Shown here piece by piece: positions 1 to 8,780 of a DNA stretch of 32,000 bases. Positions within the stretch are counted from its first letter, which is position 1. Each line of letters starts with the position of its first letter. A program made the translations under genes and the position numbers. The notes beneath the pieces are model-generated. The model was not told where the DNA came from and made no database searches. It worked only from the letters and a program-made list of their open reading frames with translations. The DNA lies in assembly GCF_000195955.2 (NCBI RefSeq), contig NC_000962.3, forward strand, positions 4,080,001 through 4,112,000, in the 5' to 3' direction. This stretch comes from Mycobacterium tuberculosis H37Rv. GTDB taxonomy: Bacteria; Actinomycetota; Actinomycetes; Mycobacteriales; Mycobacteriaceae.

Positions 1-560
1 CGCGCCACGTGACAAGCGCCGTGCAACTCTTCCAGGTCGGTCTTCCCCCAGTCGAGGCCAGAACCGCGTTCGGACAACAGGAGATCGAAGAACTCGCGGG
101 TCGAGCGGCCGTTGCCCTCGCGGAACGGGTGGGCATAGTTCACGTAGTCGTACCGGTATGCGACCTGGCCAGCGAGATCACCTTCGCCGACCGCTCTGAG
201 CCGGTCGAGCTGGTAGATCTCCGCAGCCACATGCTCCATGGGCCGACTGATGCCGCCCGGCGCGCAGAAAGACTCGTCCTCCTTCTCGATGCCGACTGTC
301 CGCAGATCTCCCGCCCAGACGTAAATGTCCTGGAACAGCTGGCGGTGAATCGCCCGCAGGTATGCGAGATCTGTGCGGTCGCCCAGCAGATTGGGATCCT
401 CGCGGAGTTCGATCACCCGGGCCTCAACGAGGTCGTTCTCGGCATCACGCAGTTCGGCATGCGTTCGAGCGCCGACCCGGTTCCTCAAGACGGACATAGC
501 GGGGATGAAGTAGCCCTGCCAATTCCGTTCGTGATCGCCGGTGTCCCATGGATGCGGCAC
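1..560 (-). CDS. fic: Fic family protein (Fido domain), C-terminus runs off the left edge
   Basis: Manual reverse-strand translation from GTG at 560 gives VPHPWDTGDHERNWQGYFIPAMSVLRNRVGARTHAELRDAENDLVEARVIELREDPNLLGDRTDLAYLRAIHRQLFQDIYVWAGDLRTV..., followed by the canonical Fic motif HPFREGNGR encoded at 131..105. It is absent from the ORF track because it is open at the edge. Matches Rv3641c. Confidence 0.93.
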   Translation of the reverse strand, partial: MPHPWDTGDHERNWQGYFIPAMSVLRNRVGARTHAELRDAENDLVEARVIELREDPNLLGDRTDLAYLRAIHRQLFQDIYVWAGDLRTVGIEKEDESFCAPGGISRPMEHVAAEIYQLDRLRAVGEGDLAGQVAYRYDYVNYAHPFREGNGRSTREFFDLLLSERGSGLDWGKTDLEELHGACHVA

Positions 561-570
561 TCCACCCCGG

Positions 571-765
571 TTACTGGATGTTGTACCGGCGGCGGACGCG
601 CTCACCCAACTCGGCTGCCGTGATCTTGCCGCGGGCGTAGTCGTTCTGATCGGCACGGGTGGCGGCGGTGCTGCGGGTGCCCTCCAGCTCGGTGTTGCGG
701 CGAGTTGCCCTGACATTCCTGAAGCGCCGCTTCACCTTCTGCAACTCGGTCGCCTGGACAAACAC
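571..765 (-). CDS. Small conserved protein (64 aa) directly upstream of fic, VbhA-like antitoxin candidate (Rv3642c)
   Basis: 64 aa ORF with GTG start, stop 11 bp before the fic GTG. Contains RRNTELEG followed by DYARGKITAAELGERVRRRY, resembling the LEG...GEI/ELI layout of VbhA-type Fic antitoxins. Confidence 0.65.
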   Translation of the reverse strand: MFVQATELQKVKRRFRNVRATRRNTELEGTRSTAATRADQNDYARGKITAAELGERVRRRYNIQ

Positions 766-890
766 TTCATCTCATTTGGTGGTCCTGACCAGGATAGTCG
801 ACAGCGCTGACATTGCAGGAAGTTGACCGTCAAGCACAGCACGGTTCTCCACCGCTGATGTACGACCATCATGTCTCGTTGGTCCTGTAA

Positions 891-1351
891 TCGACGGCGT
901 CCCACCGGCTCGACAAGAAATCCCACCAGGTGACTGGACGCAAGGCCGGTGGGGCCCCCTACACCGTCACCATCCCGGAGTTCGGAGCCGCAGCTTTGCG
1001 CGAGCAGCGGGCACTGGTCATCCCGTTCGACCCGGTGTTTCCGGCCCGGCGCGGCACCCGCTAGTCCGAGGCCAACGTCGCACCCACTGGCGGGCGATCC
1101 GCGGAGAGGACTTCAAATGGGTTGTCCCGCACTCGATCCGCAAGTCCGTCGTCACCGCGGTGGAACGCTCGATAGGGCTGGAAGCCGCGGCCCAGCAGGC
1201 CGGGCACAGCGGCAGCGAGATCACCCGGCGGCACTACGTCGAGCGGTCCGTGACGGTGCCCGACTACACCGCCGCCCTGGACGAGTATTCGCGCCCTATC
1301 CGCGCCTTCAGGCCATTAAAGAGCAACAGGCCGGGTGATATACCGACCTGA
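891..1351 (+). pseudogene. Tyrosine recombinase (phage/ICE-type integrase) remnant, 5'-truncated and frameshifted; the annotated 63 aa ORF Rv3643 (1160..1351) is its C-terminus
   Basis: Frame A (to a TAG at 1062) encodes ...KKSHQVTGRKAGGAPYTVTIPEFGAAALREQRALVIPFDPVFPARRGT. Another frame then continues VRGQRRTHWRAIRGEDFKWVVPHSIRKSVVTAVERSIGLEAAAQQAGHSGSEITRRHYVERS, with HxxR, GH and a terminal HY consistent with tyrosine recombinase catalytic residues. Confidence 0.82.
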
Positions 1352-1361
1352 CCTGCAAAGA

Positions 1362-1437
1362 TGGAGCCGCCTAGGAGAATCGAACTCCTGACCTATTCAT
1401 TACGAGTGAATCGCTCTACCGACTGAGCTAAGGCGGC
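1362..1437 (-). tRNA. tRNA-Thr (anticodon CGT), CCA encoded
   Basis: Reverse complement GCCGCCTTAGCTCAGTCGGTAGAGCGATTCACTCGTAATGAATAGGTCAGGAGTTCGATTCTCCTAGGCGGCTCCA folds as a complete cloverleaf: acceptor GCCGCCT/AGGCGGC, D stem GCTC/GAGC, anticodon stem ATTCA/TGAAT with loop CTCGTAA, T arm AGGAG-TTCGATT-CTCCT. Confidence 0.97.
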
Positions 1438-1515
1438 TTTTCCCCTGGGTGCCCGCTTGCCGGGCGGCACGAGTCTACGGCAGGCGGGCCGGCCCGCCCA
1501 AGTTTGCGGCGGTCG

Positions 1516-2721
1516 CTACCGCAGTTCCTGGCCGATGGTGGCGACCATGGCATCGACGGCGAACTTCGGTTTGACGTTGACCGCTAGCGCTTCCCTGCAC
1601 GCCAACACCGCTTCGATGCAGCGCAGCAGCCGCTCCGGCGGGGCGTGGGCGGCCAGCGCAGCAACCCGGTCGGCCATATCCGGGTGGTTGGCCCGCACCC
1701 CACCCGCGTGGGCTGCGACCAACAGTGCATCCCGGAAGTAGGTCGCCAGATCGATCAGTGCCCGGTCCAGCGCATCGCGCGAGGCCCGCGTCTGCCGGGA
1801 TTTCTGCCGTCGTTCAAGATCCTTCATCGCGCCGGTGGCACCACGCAACGCCGCGCCGGTGCCTTTACCGGTACCTCCGGCTCCCAGCGCCGTCCGCAGT
1901 TCTTCGGTCTCGGCCTCGATACGCTGCGCGGTCAACGCTAAGGCCTCGGCCTCGGCGCCGGCCACCAACTCCTCGGCGGCTGCGTAGGCACGCGAGGGTG
2001 TCGCGGCGTCACGTGCCAGCCCCAAAGCCCGCTCGCGTCGCTGCCGGGCCTGCGGATCGGTGGCCAGCCGGCGCGCTCGTCCGACATGGCCACCACTGAC
2101 CGACGCCGCCCAATTGGCCGTGTCGGGGTCCAACCCGTCGCCGTCGCTCAGCACCTGCGCGATCGCGTGGGTCGACGGAGTCACCAACGCGACATGCCTA
2201 CACCGGGATCGCAGCGTGACCGCAATGTCCTCGGGATCCACCGACGGCGCGCACAGCAGGAACACCGTCGACGGCGGCGGCTCCTCGACAACCTTGAGCA
2301 ACGCGTTGGCGGCGCCTTCGGTCAACCGATCGGCGTCCTCAATCACCACGATCTGCCAGTGCCCGGTAGTCGGCCGGCGCGCGGCGATTTGCACGATGGC
2401 CCGCATTTCGTCCACACCGATCGACAGACCTTCGGGAATCACCCGGCGTACGTCGGCGTGGGTGCCCGCCAGCGTGGTCGTACACGCCCGGCAGCGCCCG
2501 CACCCGGGCTCCCCGCCCGACGTACATTGCAAAGCCGCCGCGAAGCACAGCGCGGCAACCGAGCGCCCAGAACCGGGCGGACCGGTGAGCAGCCACGCGT
2601 GTGTCATAGTCCCGCCGCCACCCGCGCTGTGAGCCGAATCACGACGGGCCGCCTTGGCCGTGGCAAGCAGCTCGGCTTCCACCGCTTGCTGGCCTACCAG
2701 CCGCGTAAACACCCCGGACAT
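1516..2721 (-). CDS. holB: DNA polymerase III delta' subunit-like clamp-loader ATPase (Rv3644c)
   Basis: 401 aa from MSGVFTRLVGQQ. P-loop GPPGSGRS, zinc-module-like cysteines CTSGGEPGCGRCRAC, VVIEDADRLTEGAANALLKVVEEPPPSTVFLL and an SRC-like LRSRCRH motif. Confidence 0.93.
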   Translation of the reverse strand: MSGVFTRLVGQQAVEAELLATAKAARRDSAHSAGGGGTMTHAWLLTGPPGSGRSVAALCFAAALQCTSGGEPGCGRCRACTTTLAGTHADVRRVIPEGLSIGVDEMRAIVQIAARRPTTGHWQIVVIEDADRLTEGAANALLKVVEEPPPSTVFLLCAPSVDPEDIAVTLRSRCRHVALVTPSTHAIAQVLSDGDGLDPDTANWAASVSGGHVGRARRLATDPQARQRRERALGLARDAATPSRAYAAAEELVAGAEAEALALTAQRIEAETEELRTALGAGGTGKGTGAALRGATGAMKDLERRQKSRQTRASRDALDRALIDLATYFRDALLVAAHAGGVRANHPDMADRVAALAAHAPPERLLRCIEAVLACREALAVNVKPKFAVDAMVATIGQELR

Positions 2722-2806
2722 CATCGGCAACAGTAGCTATCCGCGCCGACAGATACCGATCAGCGTTCGTTTCGCGACAATTCCGTGATCTTTCGTCGCC
2801 ATTTGG

Positions 2807-4456
2807 ATGGATGCCGAGGCGTTCGTCGGTTTCCGGCAAGTCCCCGCCGCCCGATACGGTGGGCTAATGGCAACCACGGCGGCGCTACCCAGACGGATCC
2901 ATGCATTCGTCCGGTGGGTAGTGCGCACTCCGTGGCCGCTGTTCTCGCTGAGCATGCTGCAGTCCGACATCATCGGCGCATTGTTCGTGCTCGGATTCCT
3001 GCGCTACGGCCTGCCGCCTCAGGACAATATCCAACTGCAGGATCTGCCACCGGTCAACCTACTGATCTTCGTCAGCACGGTAATCATCTTGTTCCTCGCC
3101 GGGGCCGTGGTGAACCTGAAGCTGCTGATGCCGGTCTTTCGATGGCAGCGCCGCGACAACCTGCTCACCGAGCCTGATCCGGCCGCCACCGAGCTGGCCC
3201 GCAGCCGCGCATTGCGCATGCCGTTGTACCGCACTCTGATCAGCCTGGCGGTCTGGGCTACCGGCGGCGGGGTGTTCATCCTCGCCAGCTGGTCGGTGGC
3301 CAAGCATGCGGCCCCCGTCGTGGCGGTGGCCACCGCGCTGGGTGCCACCGCCACCGCCATCATCGGCTACCTGCAGTCTGAACGGGTGTTACGGCCGGTG
3401 GCCGTCGCGGCGCTGCGCAGCGGTGTGCCGGAAAACGTCAACGCACCCGGCGTCATACTGCGACTGATGCTGGCGTGGATTCCGTCCACCGGCGTACCAC
3501 TCCTGGCGATCGTGCTGGCCGTAGCGGCGGACAAGATTGCCTTGCTGCACGCCACACCAGAGGCGCTGTTCAATCCCATCCTGATGATGGCACTGGCCGC
3601 GCTGGGCATCGGATCCGTCAGCACCCTGTTGGTGGCCATGTCGATCGCCGACCCGTTACGCCAGTTGCGCTGGGCGCTAAGCGAGGTGCAGCGCGGCAAC
3701 TACAACGCCCACATGCAGATTTACGACGCCAGCGAACTGGGCCTGCTACAAGCCGGCTTCAACGACATGGTCCGCGAGCTGTCCGAGCGGCAGCGGTTGC
3801 GTGACTTGTTCGGTCGCTACGTCGGCGAAGACGTGGCCCGGCGGGCCCTGGAGCGCGGCACCGAGTTGGGCGGTCAGGAACGCGACGTCGCGGTGCTGTT
3901 CGTGGATCTGGTCGGCTCCACGCAACTGGCCGCGACACGACCGCCCGCCGAGGTGGTCCAGCTGCTCAACGAGTTCTTCCGGGTGGTGGTCGAAACCGTC
4001 GCCCGGCACGGTGGGTTCGTCAACAAGTTCCAAGGCGACGCCGCGCTGGCCATCTTCGGTGCACCCATCGAACACCCCGACGGTGCTGGTGCCGCGCTAT
4101 CGGCAGCACGTGAGCTCCACGACGAACTCATCCCAGTGCTGGGTTCCGCGGAGTTCGGCATCGGCGTGTCGGCCGGAAGGGCCATCGCCGGCCACATCGG
4201 CGCTCAAGCCCGCTTCGAGTACACCGTCATCGGCGACCCGGTCAACGAGGCCGCCCGGCTCACCGAACTGGCCAAACTCGAGGATGGCCACGTTCTGGCG
4301 TCGGCGATCGCGGTCAGTGGCGCCCTGGACGCCGAAGCATTGTGTTGGGATGTTGGCGAGGTGGTTGAGCTCCGCGGACGTGCTGCACCCACCCAACTAG
4401 CCAGGCCAATGAATCTGGCTGCACCCGAAGAGGTTTCCAGCGAAGTACGCGGCTAG
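2807..4456 (+). CDS. Membrane-bound class III adenylate cyclase with multi-TM region, HAMP and cyclase domains (Rv3645)
   Basis: 549 aa. Several hydrophobic segments, HAMP-like LRQLRWALSEVQRGNYNAHMQIYDASELGLLQAGFNDMVREL, catalytic domain VAVLFVDLVGSTQLAATRP and GGFVNKFQGDAALAIFGAP. Confidence 0.93.
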   Translation: MDAEAFVGFRQVPAARYGGLMATTAALPRRIHAFVRWVVRTPWPLFSLSMLQSDIIGALFVLGFLRYGLPPQDNIQLQDLPPVNLLIFVSTVIILFLAGAVVNLKLLMPVFRWQRRDNLLTEPDPAATELARSRALRMPLYRTLISLAVWATGGGVFILASWSVAKHAAPVVAVATALGATATAIIGYLQSERVLRPVAVAALRSGVPENVNAPGVILRLMLAWIPSTGVPLLAIVLAVAADKIALLHATPEALFNPILMMALAALGIGSVSTLLVAMSIADPLRQLRWALSEVQRGNYNAHMQIYDASELGLLQAGFNDMVRELSERQRLRDLFGRYVGEDVARRALERGTELGGQERDVAVLFVDLVGSTQLAATRPPAEVVQLLNEFFRVVVETVARHGGFVNKFQGDAALAIFGAPIEHPDGAGAALSAARELHDELIPVLGSAEFGIGVSAGRAIAGHIGAQARFEYTVIGDPVNEAARLTELAKLEDGHVLASAIAVSGALDAEALCWDVGEVVELRGRAAPTQLARPMNLAAPEEVSSEVRG

Positions 4457-7257
4457 TCGCGCTTGGCTGCCTTCTTCGCCGGCACCTTCCGGGCAGCTTT
4501 CCTGGCTGGCCGTTTTGCCGGACCCCGGGCTCGGCGATCGGCCAACAGCTCGGCGGCGCGCTCGTCGGTTATGGAAGCCACGTCGTCGCCCTTACGCAGG
4601 CTGGCATTGGTCTCACCGTCGGTGACGTACGGCCCGAATCGGCCGTCCTTGATGACCATTGGCTTGCCCGACGCCGGATCTGTTCCCAGCTCGCGCAGCG
4701 GCGGAGCCGAAGCGCTTTGCCGGCCACGACGTTTCGGCTCTGCGTAGATCTTCAGGGCTTCGTCGAGCGTGATGGTGAATATCTGGTCTTCGGTGACCAG
4801 TGATCGAGAATCGTTGCCGCGCTTTAGATACGGTCCGTAGCGCCCGTTCTGCGCGGTGATCTCCTCACCCGAGGCGGGGTCCACTCCGACCACGCGCGGC
4901 AGTGACAGCAGCCTCAGCGCGTCTTCGAGGGTGACCGTCTGTAGGTCCATGCTCCGCAGCAACGAACCGGTGCGCGGTTTGGGCCCGGCGGCCTTCTGGC
5001 GTTTCTTGACTCCCTGAGCGGCCGCGGCCGCATCAGCCGCAGGCTCCGGCAGGATCTCGGTCACATACGGCCCAAACCGGCCTTCCCTGGCCACGATCTC
5101 GTGGCCGGTTTCTGGGTCCAAGCCCAAAGTCCGTCCCTGTTGCGGTGTGGCAAAGAGCTCTTCGGCCACCTGTAGAGTCAGCTCGTCCGGGGTAATCGAG
5201 TCGCTGAGGTTGGCCCGCTGCGGCGTGGGCTCACCGGTGTCGCCGGCCACCAAACGTTCCAGGTAGGGACCGTTCTTGCCCACCCGAACATATATGGGGC
5301 GTCCGTGGGTGTCGTCAAAAAGCTTGATAGAGTTTACTTCTCGTGCGTCGATGCCCTCGAGATTGATCCCGACAAGCTTCTTGAGGCCACCCGATCGGGC
5401 TACCGAATCGGGCACACCGTGATCGCCACCAAAGTAGAAGTTGTTGAGCCAGTTGGTGCGGCGCTCGTTGCCGGCGGCGATCTCGTCGAGCTCGTCTTCC
5501 ATCGCCGCGGTGAAGTCGTAGTCGACGAGCCGACCGAAATGCTGCTCGAGCAGACCGGTTACCGCGAACGCCACCCATGACGGCACCAGTGCACTGCCCT
5601 TCTTGTGCACGTAGCCGCGATCCTGGATGGTCTTGATGATCGACGAGTAGGTCGACGGGCGGCCGATGCCCAGCTCCTCGAGCGCTTTGACCAGCGACGC
5701 CTCGGTGTAGCGGGCCGGCGGGTTGGTGGCATGGCCGTCTGGGGTCAACTCGACGATGTCCAACCGTTGACCCGGGGTCAGATGGGGCAGTCGCCGCTCG
5801 GCATCGTCAGCCTCGCCGCCGACCAGCTCGTCCACGGTCTCCACGTAGGCCTTGAGGAAGCCCGGGAACGTCAAGGTGCGTCCGGTCGCGGAGAACACCA
5901 CCTCCTGGTGCCCCGACATGCCAGTGATCCGCAGGCTCAGCGTCATGCCCCGCGCATCGGCCATCTGCGAGGCTACGGTGCGTTGCCAAATCAGCTCATA
6001 GAGCCGGAAATCATCAATGTTGGGACCGTCGAGTTCGCGACGCACCGCGTCCGGGGTGGCAAACGTTTCACCGGCGGGCCGGATAGCCTCGTGCGCTTCC
6101 TGGGCGTTCTTCACCTTGCGGGTGTATTGGCGCGGCGCCGGCGCGACGTACTCGTCGCCGTAGAGCTGGCGCGCCTGGGTACGTGCGGCGTTGATCGCCG
6201 ACTCCGACAGCGTGGTGGAGTCGGTACGCATATAGGTGATGTAGCCGTTTTCGTACAGCCGCTGGGCGATGCTCATCGTCCGCTCGGCGGAGAACCGCAG
6301 CTTGCGGCTGGCCTCTTGCTGCAGCGTGGAGGTCATGAACGGCGGGTACGGGCGCCGGGCGTAGGGCTTCTCCTCGGCCGAGGCCACGGTCAGCTGCGTG
6401 CCATCCAGGCCCGCGGCCAACGCGGTCGCGCTCCCCTCGTCGAGCACAATGACTTCGTCGCCTTTGCGCAGCGTGCCCAGCGAGTCGAAATCGCGGCCAG
6501 TGGCCACCCGCCGGCCAGCCACGGCCGTCAGCCGGGCGCTGAAGGTGGGCGGCGCGGCGTCCGGGTCGGACACGCTGGCATCCAGCTTGGCAAGGATGTC
6601 CCAGTAGGCCGCGCTGCGGAACGCCATGCGGTCGCGTTCGCGCGCCACGATGATGCGGGTGGCCACCGACTGCACCCGGCCCGCCGACAACTTGGGGGCG
6701 ACCTTCTTCCACAGCACTGGGCTGACTTCGTAGCCGTACAGCCGGTCCAGGATGCGCCGGGTCTCCTGCGCGTCGACCAGGTCGATGTCTAGGTCGCGGG
6801 GGTGCTCGGCGGCGGCGCGGATCGCCGGTTCGGTGATCTCGTGGAAGACCATCCGCTTTACCGGTATGCGCGGTTTGAGGGTTTCCAGCAGATGCCAGGC
6901 AATAGCTTCGCCCTCACGGTCCCCATCCGTGGCCAGATACAGCTCGTCCACGTCTTTGAGCAGGCCCCTGAGCTCGCTGACGGTGCTCCGTTTCTCCGGG
7001 CTGATGATGTAGAGCGGTTCGAAGTCGGCGTCGACGTTGACCCCGAGCCGCGCCCACGGCTGCGACTTGTACTTTGCGGGTACATCCGACGCGGCCCGCG
7101 GCAAGTCACGGATGTGCCCCCGGGAGGACTCGACGATGTAGCCAGAGCCCAGGTAGGAGGCCAGCTTGCGCGCCTTGGTGGGCGACTCGACGATGACCAG
7201 TCGCCGGCCGCTGCCATTGCCGCCGCTGCCACGGCCCTTCGTTTTCGGGTCAGCCAA
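4453..7257 (-). CDS. topA: DNA topoisomerase I
   Basis: 934 aa from a TTG at 7257 (LADPKTKGRGSGGNGSGRRLVIVESPTKARKLASYLG). Toprim DLYLATDGDREGEAIAWHLLE, active-site motif YITYMRTDSTTLS, several C-terminal repeats (FGPYV/PYLKRG) and a lysine-rich tail. Confidence 0.97.
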   Translation of the reverse strand: MADPKTKGRGSGGNGSGRRLVIVESPTKARKLASYLGSGYIVESSRGHIRDLPRAASDVPAKYKSQPWARLGVNVDADFEPLYIISPEKRSTVSELRGLLKDVDELYLATDGDREGEAIAWHLLETLKPRIPVKRMVFHEITEPAIRAAAEHPRDLDIDLVDAQETRRILDRLYGYEVSPVLWKKVAPKLSAGRVQSVATRIIVARERDRMAFRSAAYWDILAKLDASVSDPDAAPPTFSARLTAVAGRRVATGRDFDSLGTLRKGDEVIVLDEGSATALAAGLDGTQLTVASAEEKPYARRPYPPFMTSTLQQEASRKLRFSAERTMSIAQRLYENGYITYMRTDSTTLSESAINAARTQARQLYGDEYVAPAPRQYTRKVKNAQEAHEAIRPAGETFATPDAVRRELDGPNIDDFRLYELIWQRTVASQMADARGMTLSLRITGMSGHQEVVFSATGRTLTFPGFLKAYVETVDELVGGEADDAERRLPHLTPGQRLDIVELTPDGHATNPPARYTEASLVKALEELGIGRPSTYSSIIKTIQDRGYVHKKGSALVPSWVAFAVTGLLEQHFGRLVDYDFTAAMEDELDEIAAGNERRTNWLNNFYFGGDHGVPDSVARSGGLKKLVGINLEGIDAREVNSIKLFDDTHGRPIYVRVGKNGPYLERLVAGDTGEPTPQRANLSDSITPDELTLQVAEELFATPQQGRTLGLDPETGHEIVAREGRFGPYVTEILPEPAADAAAAAQGVKKRQKAAGPKPRTGSLLRSMDLQTVTLEDALRLLSLPRVVGVDPASGEEITAQNGRYGPYLKRGNDSRSLVTEDQIFTITLDEALKIYAEPKRRGRQSASAPPLRELGTDPASGKPMVIKDGRFGPYVTDGETNASLRKGDDVASITDERAAELLADRRARGPAKRPARKAARKVPAKKAAKRD

Positions 7258-7479
7258 CTGCGCCCACGCTCCATCTCTTATCCCGGCCCCTATCGAGACC
7301 GCCCCGGTAGGTAGAGGACGCGGCCGACTGCCGAATCCCAGGTGAATTCCGGTACGCCGGCGTTCCCTCGCCTGTGGGCAACTGACAATCTCGCACTCTA
7401 GGGCGGGCCTGCGCAAACCGGCTGCAAACAGATTACCCACACCAAAGGCTCAAACGGGCCGCTCAGGACGCTCGGAGAT

Positions 7480-7619
7480 CCGCATCGTCGCCGAACTAGG
7501 TCCGACTGCCCGGCTCCTCAGCGGACCCCAGCGGGACCGCATCGTCGCCGAGCTAGGTCCGACTGCCCGGCTCCTCAGCGGACCCCAGCGGGACCGCATC
7601 GTCGCCGAGCTAGGTCCGA
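7480..7619. repeat. Tandem repeat, 57 bp unit, about 2.45 copies
   Basis: Unit CCGCATCGTCGCCGAGCTAGGTCCGACTGCCCGGCTCCTCAGCGGACCCCAGCGGGA at 7480-7536 and 7537-7593, plus a 26 bp partial at 7594-7619. The first copy has GAACTAGG in place of GAGCTAGG. Confidence 0.93.
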
Positions 7620-8188
7620 GGCCACTGTACCCATGCCTCGGCCCCGTCTGGGGGTTCCCCCACGTTCTCCACCAGGCGCGATAACCTGCGTCGCCCGCTA
7701 ATCCGCAGCGCTGGTCGGGTCCCCCGGGTACCGATCAGGGTGGGCGCAATCCCGACCCTCATCAGCGCCGACGCCAGCGGAGAATGGGTGTCCGGCGCGT
7801 GTGGATCCAGGCCCAGCAAATAGCGGTCGGCCTCCGGGCTGCCTGCCGCCAGAGTCCAAGCCCTCAGCTCGCGCGGCCCGGGCAGCCATCGCGGGGGCAC
7901 GGTCTTGACCGCACCGCGCGTCCACTCGGCGGCGATGCCGCACAACAGCGGGTCGACGGCCGTCCGCACCAGCGGGGTGTTTTCGTCGGTACGGGCGACC
8001 TCGGGTACCAAACCAGCCTCCTGGATCATCTCGGCCAGGGCCGATGCGCGCCAGGACTCGGCGACGACTACCGACAGCCGAGCGCCGCAACCAACCAGCA
8101 CGATCTGGCCCGGGCCCGCCAGCACCCCGGAAAGATCCGCGACCGCGGGAGGTACTGACTCCGCGGCGAAGAAGGAAAGCTGGCTCAC
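7610..8188 (-). CDS. Conserved hypothetical protein (Rv3647c, 192 aa)
   Basis: Complete ORF MSQLSFFAAESVPPAVADLSGVLAGPGQIV...; stop lies in the partial third copy of the 57 bp repeat. Confidence 0.85.
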   Translation of the reverse strand: MSQLSFFAAESVPPAVADLSGVLAGPGQIVLVGCGARLSVVVAESWRASALAEMIQEAGLVPEVARTDENTPLVRTAVDPLLCGIAAEWTRGAVKTVPPRWLPGPRELRAWTLAAGSPEADRYLLGLDPHAPDTHSPLASALMRVGIAPTLIGTRGTRPALRISGRRRLSRLVENVGEPPDGAEAWVQWPRT

Positions 8189-8258
8189 CTCACCGACAGT
8201 AAGCCAGCGAGCGGGTCGCTGGCTTTAGGCATCCGGCGCGGCGGCAGCGCGCCATGTG

Positions 8259-8318
8259 GCGAGCAGACGTAAAGCCCCCAAAACGGAACCGTTTTGGGGG
8301 CTTTTTGCGTCTGCTCGC
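8259..8318. terminator. Long compound hairpin terminator downstream of cspA (bidirectional-capable)
   Basis: GCGAGCAGACG-T-AAAGCCCCCAAAACGG-AA-CCGTTTTGGGGGCTTT-TTG-CGTCTGCTCGC: 8259-8269 pairs with 8308-8318, and 8271-8286 pairs with 8289-8304. T tract at 8302-8306 on the + strand. Confidence 0.88.
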
Positions 8319-8327
8319 GGGGGTAAC

Positions 8328-8531
8328 TCAGAGCGAGCGGACTCCGGTGGCCTGGGGGCCCTTAGGGCTGTGGCCGATCTCGAACTCGACCTTCTGGTTT
8401 TCTTCAAGGGTGCGGAAGCCCGTTCCCTGGATCTCCGTGTAGTGGACAAATACATCCGCGGAACCGTCTTCGGGGGCGATAAAGCCGAACCCCTTCTCCG
8501 CGTTGAACCACTTCACAGTTCCCTGTGGCAT
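8328..8531 (-). CDS. cspA: Cold shock protein A (67 aa)
   Basis: [53 protein letters not shown]..., with RNP1-like KGFGFI and RNP2-like VFVHY. Confidence 0.97.
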
Positions 8532-8780
8532 TTCTCGATCTTTCCTTTTCTTCTGGGTGCGGTGCACCGCCTTTCGGTGCCCCGGGCCAGCTGCGGCCGC
8601 CATACCTCGCCGAGTCGCCGGAACTTCACCCGACCGATAACCTCGCAGGAACCGCGGCCGCAACGTCGATCCTGCGAAAGTTTGACACGAACACAGAAGC
8701 TGCGACCGCCAATCAGTCAATCATGTTCATCGCGTCGGCAACAGCCTCTGGGTGTGGACGGAGCTACGAAGGGTCCGCAA

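Noticed and set aside
9-623. 204 aa + strand ORF
   Set aside because: Antisense shadow of the Fic gene; the minus frame has the canonical Fic motif and gene-like composition.
949-1338. 129 aa + strand ORF over the integrase remnant
   Set aside because: Pro/Arg/Ser-rich out-of-frame translation; integrase similarity lies in the other two frames.
5605-6792. 395 aa + strand ORF inside topA
   Set aside because: High-GC shadow ORF antisense to recognised topoisomerase motifs; low-complexity His/Gly/Arg composition.
7480-7619. Possible CRISPR array
   Set aside because: The 57 bp units are directly contiguous with no unique spacers; it is a plain tandem repeat.
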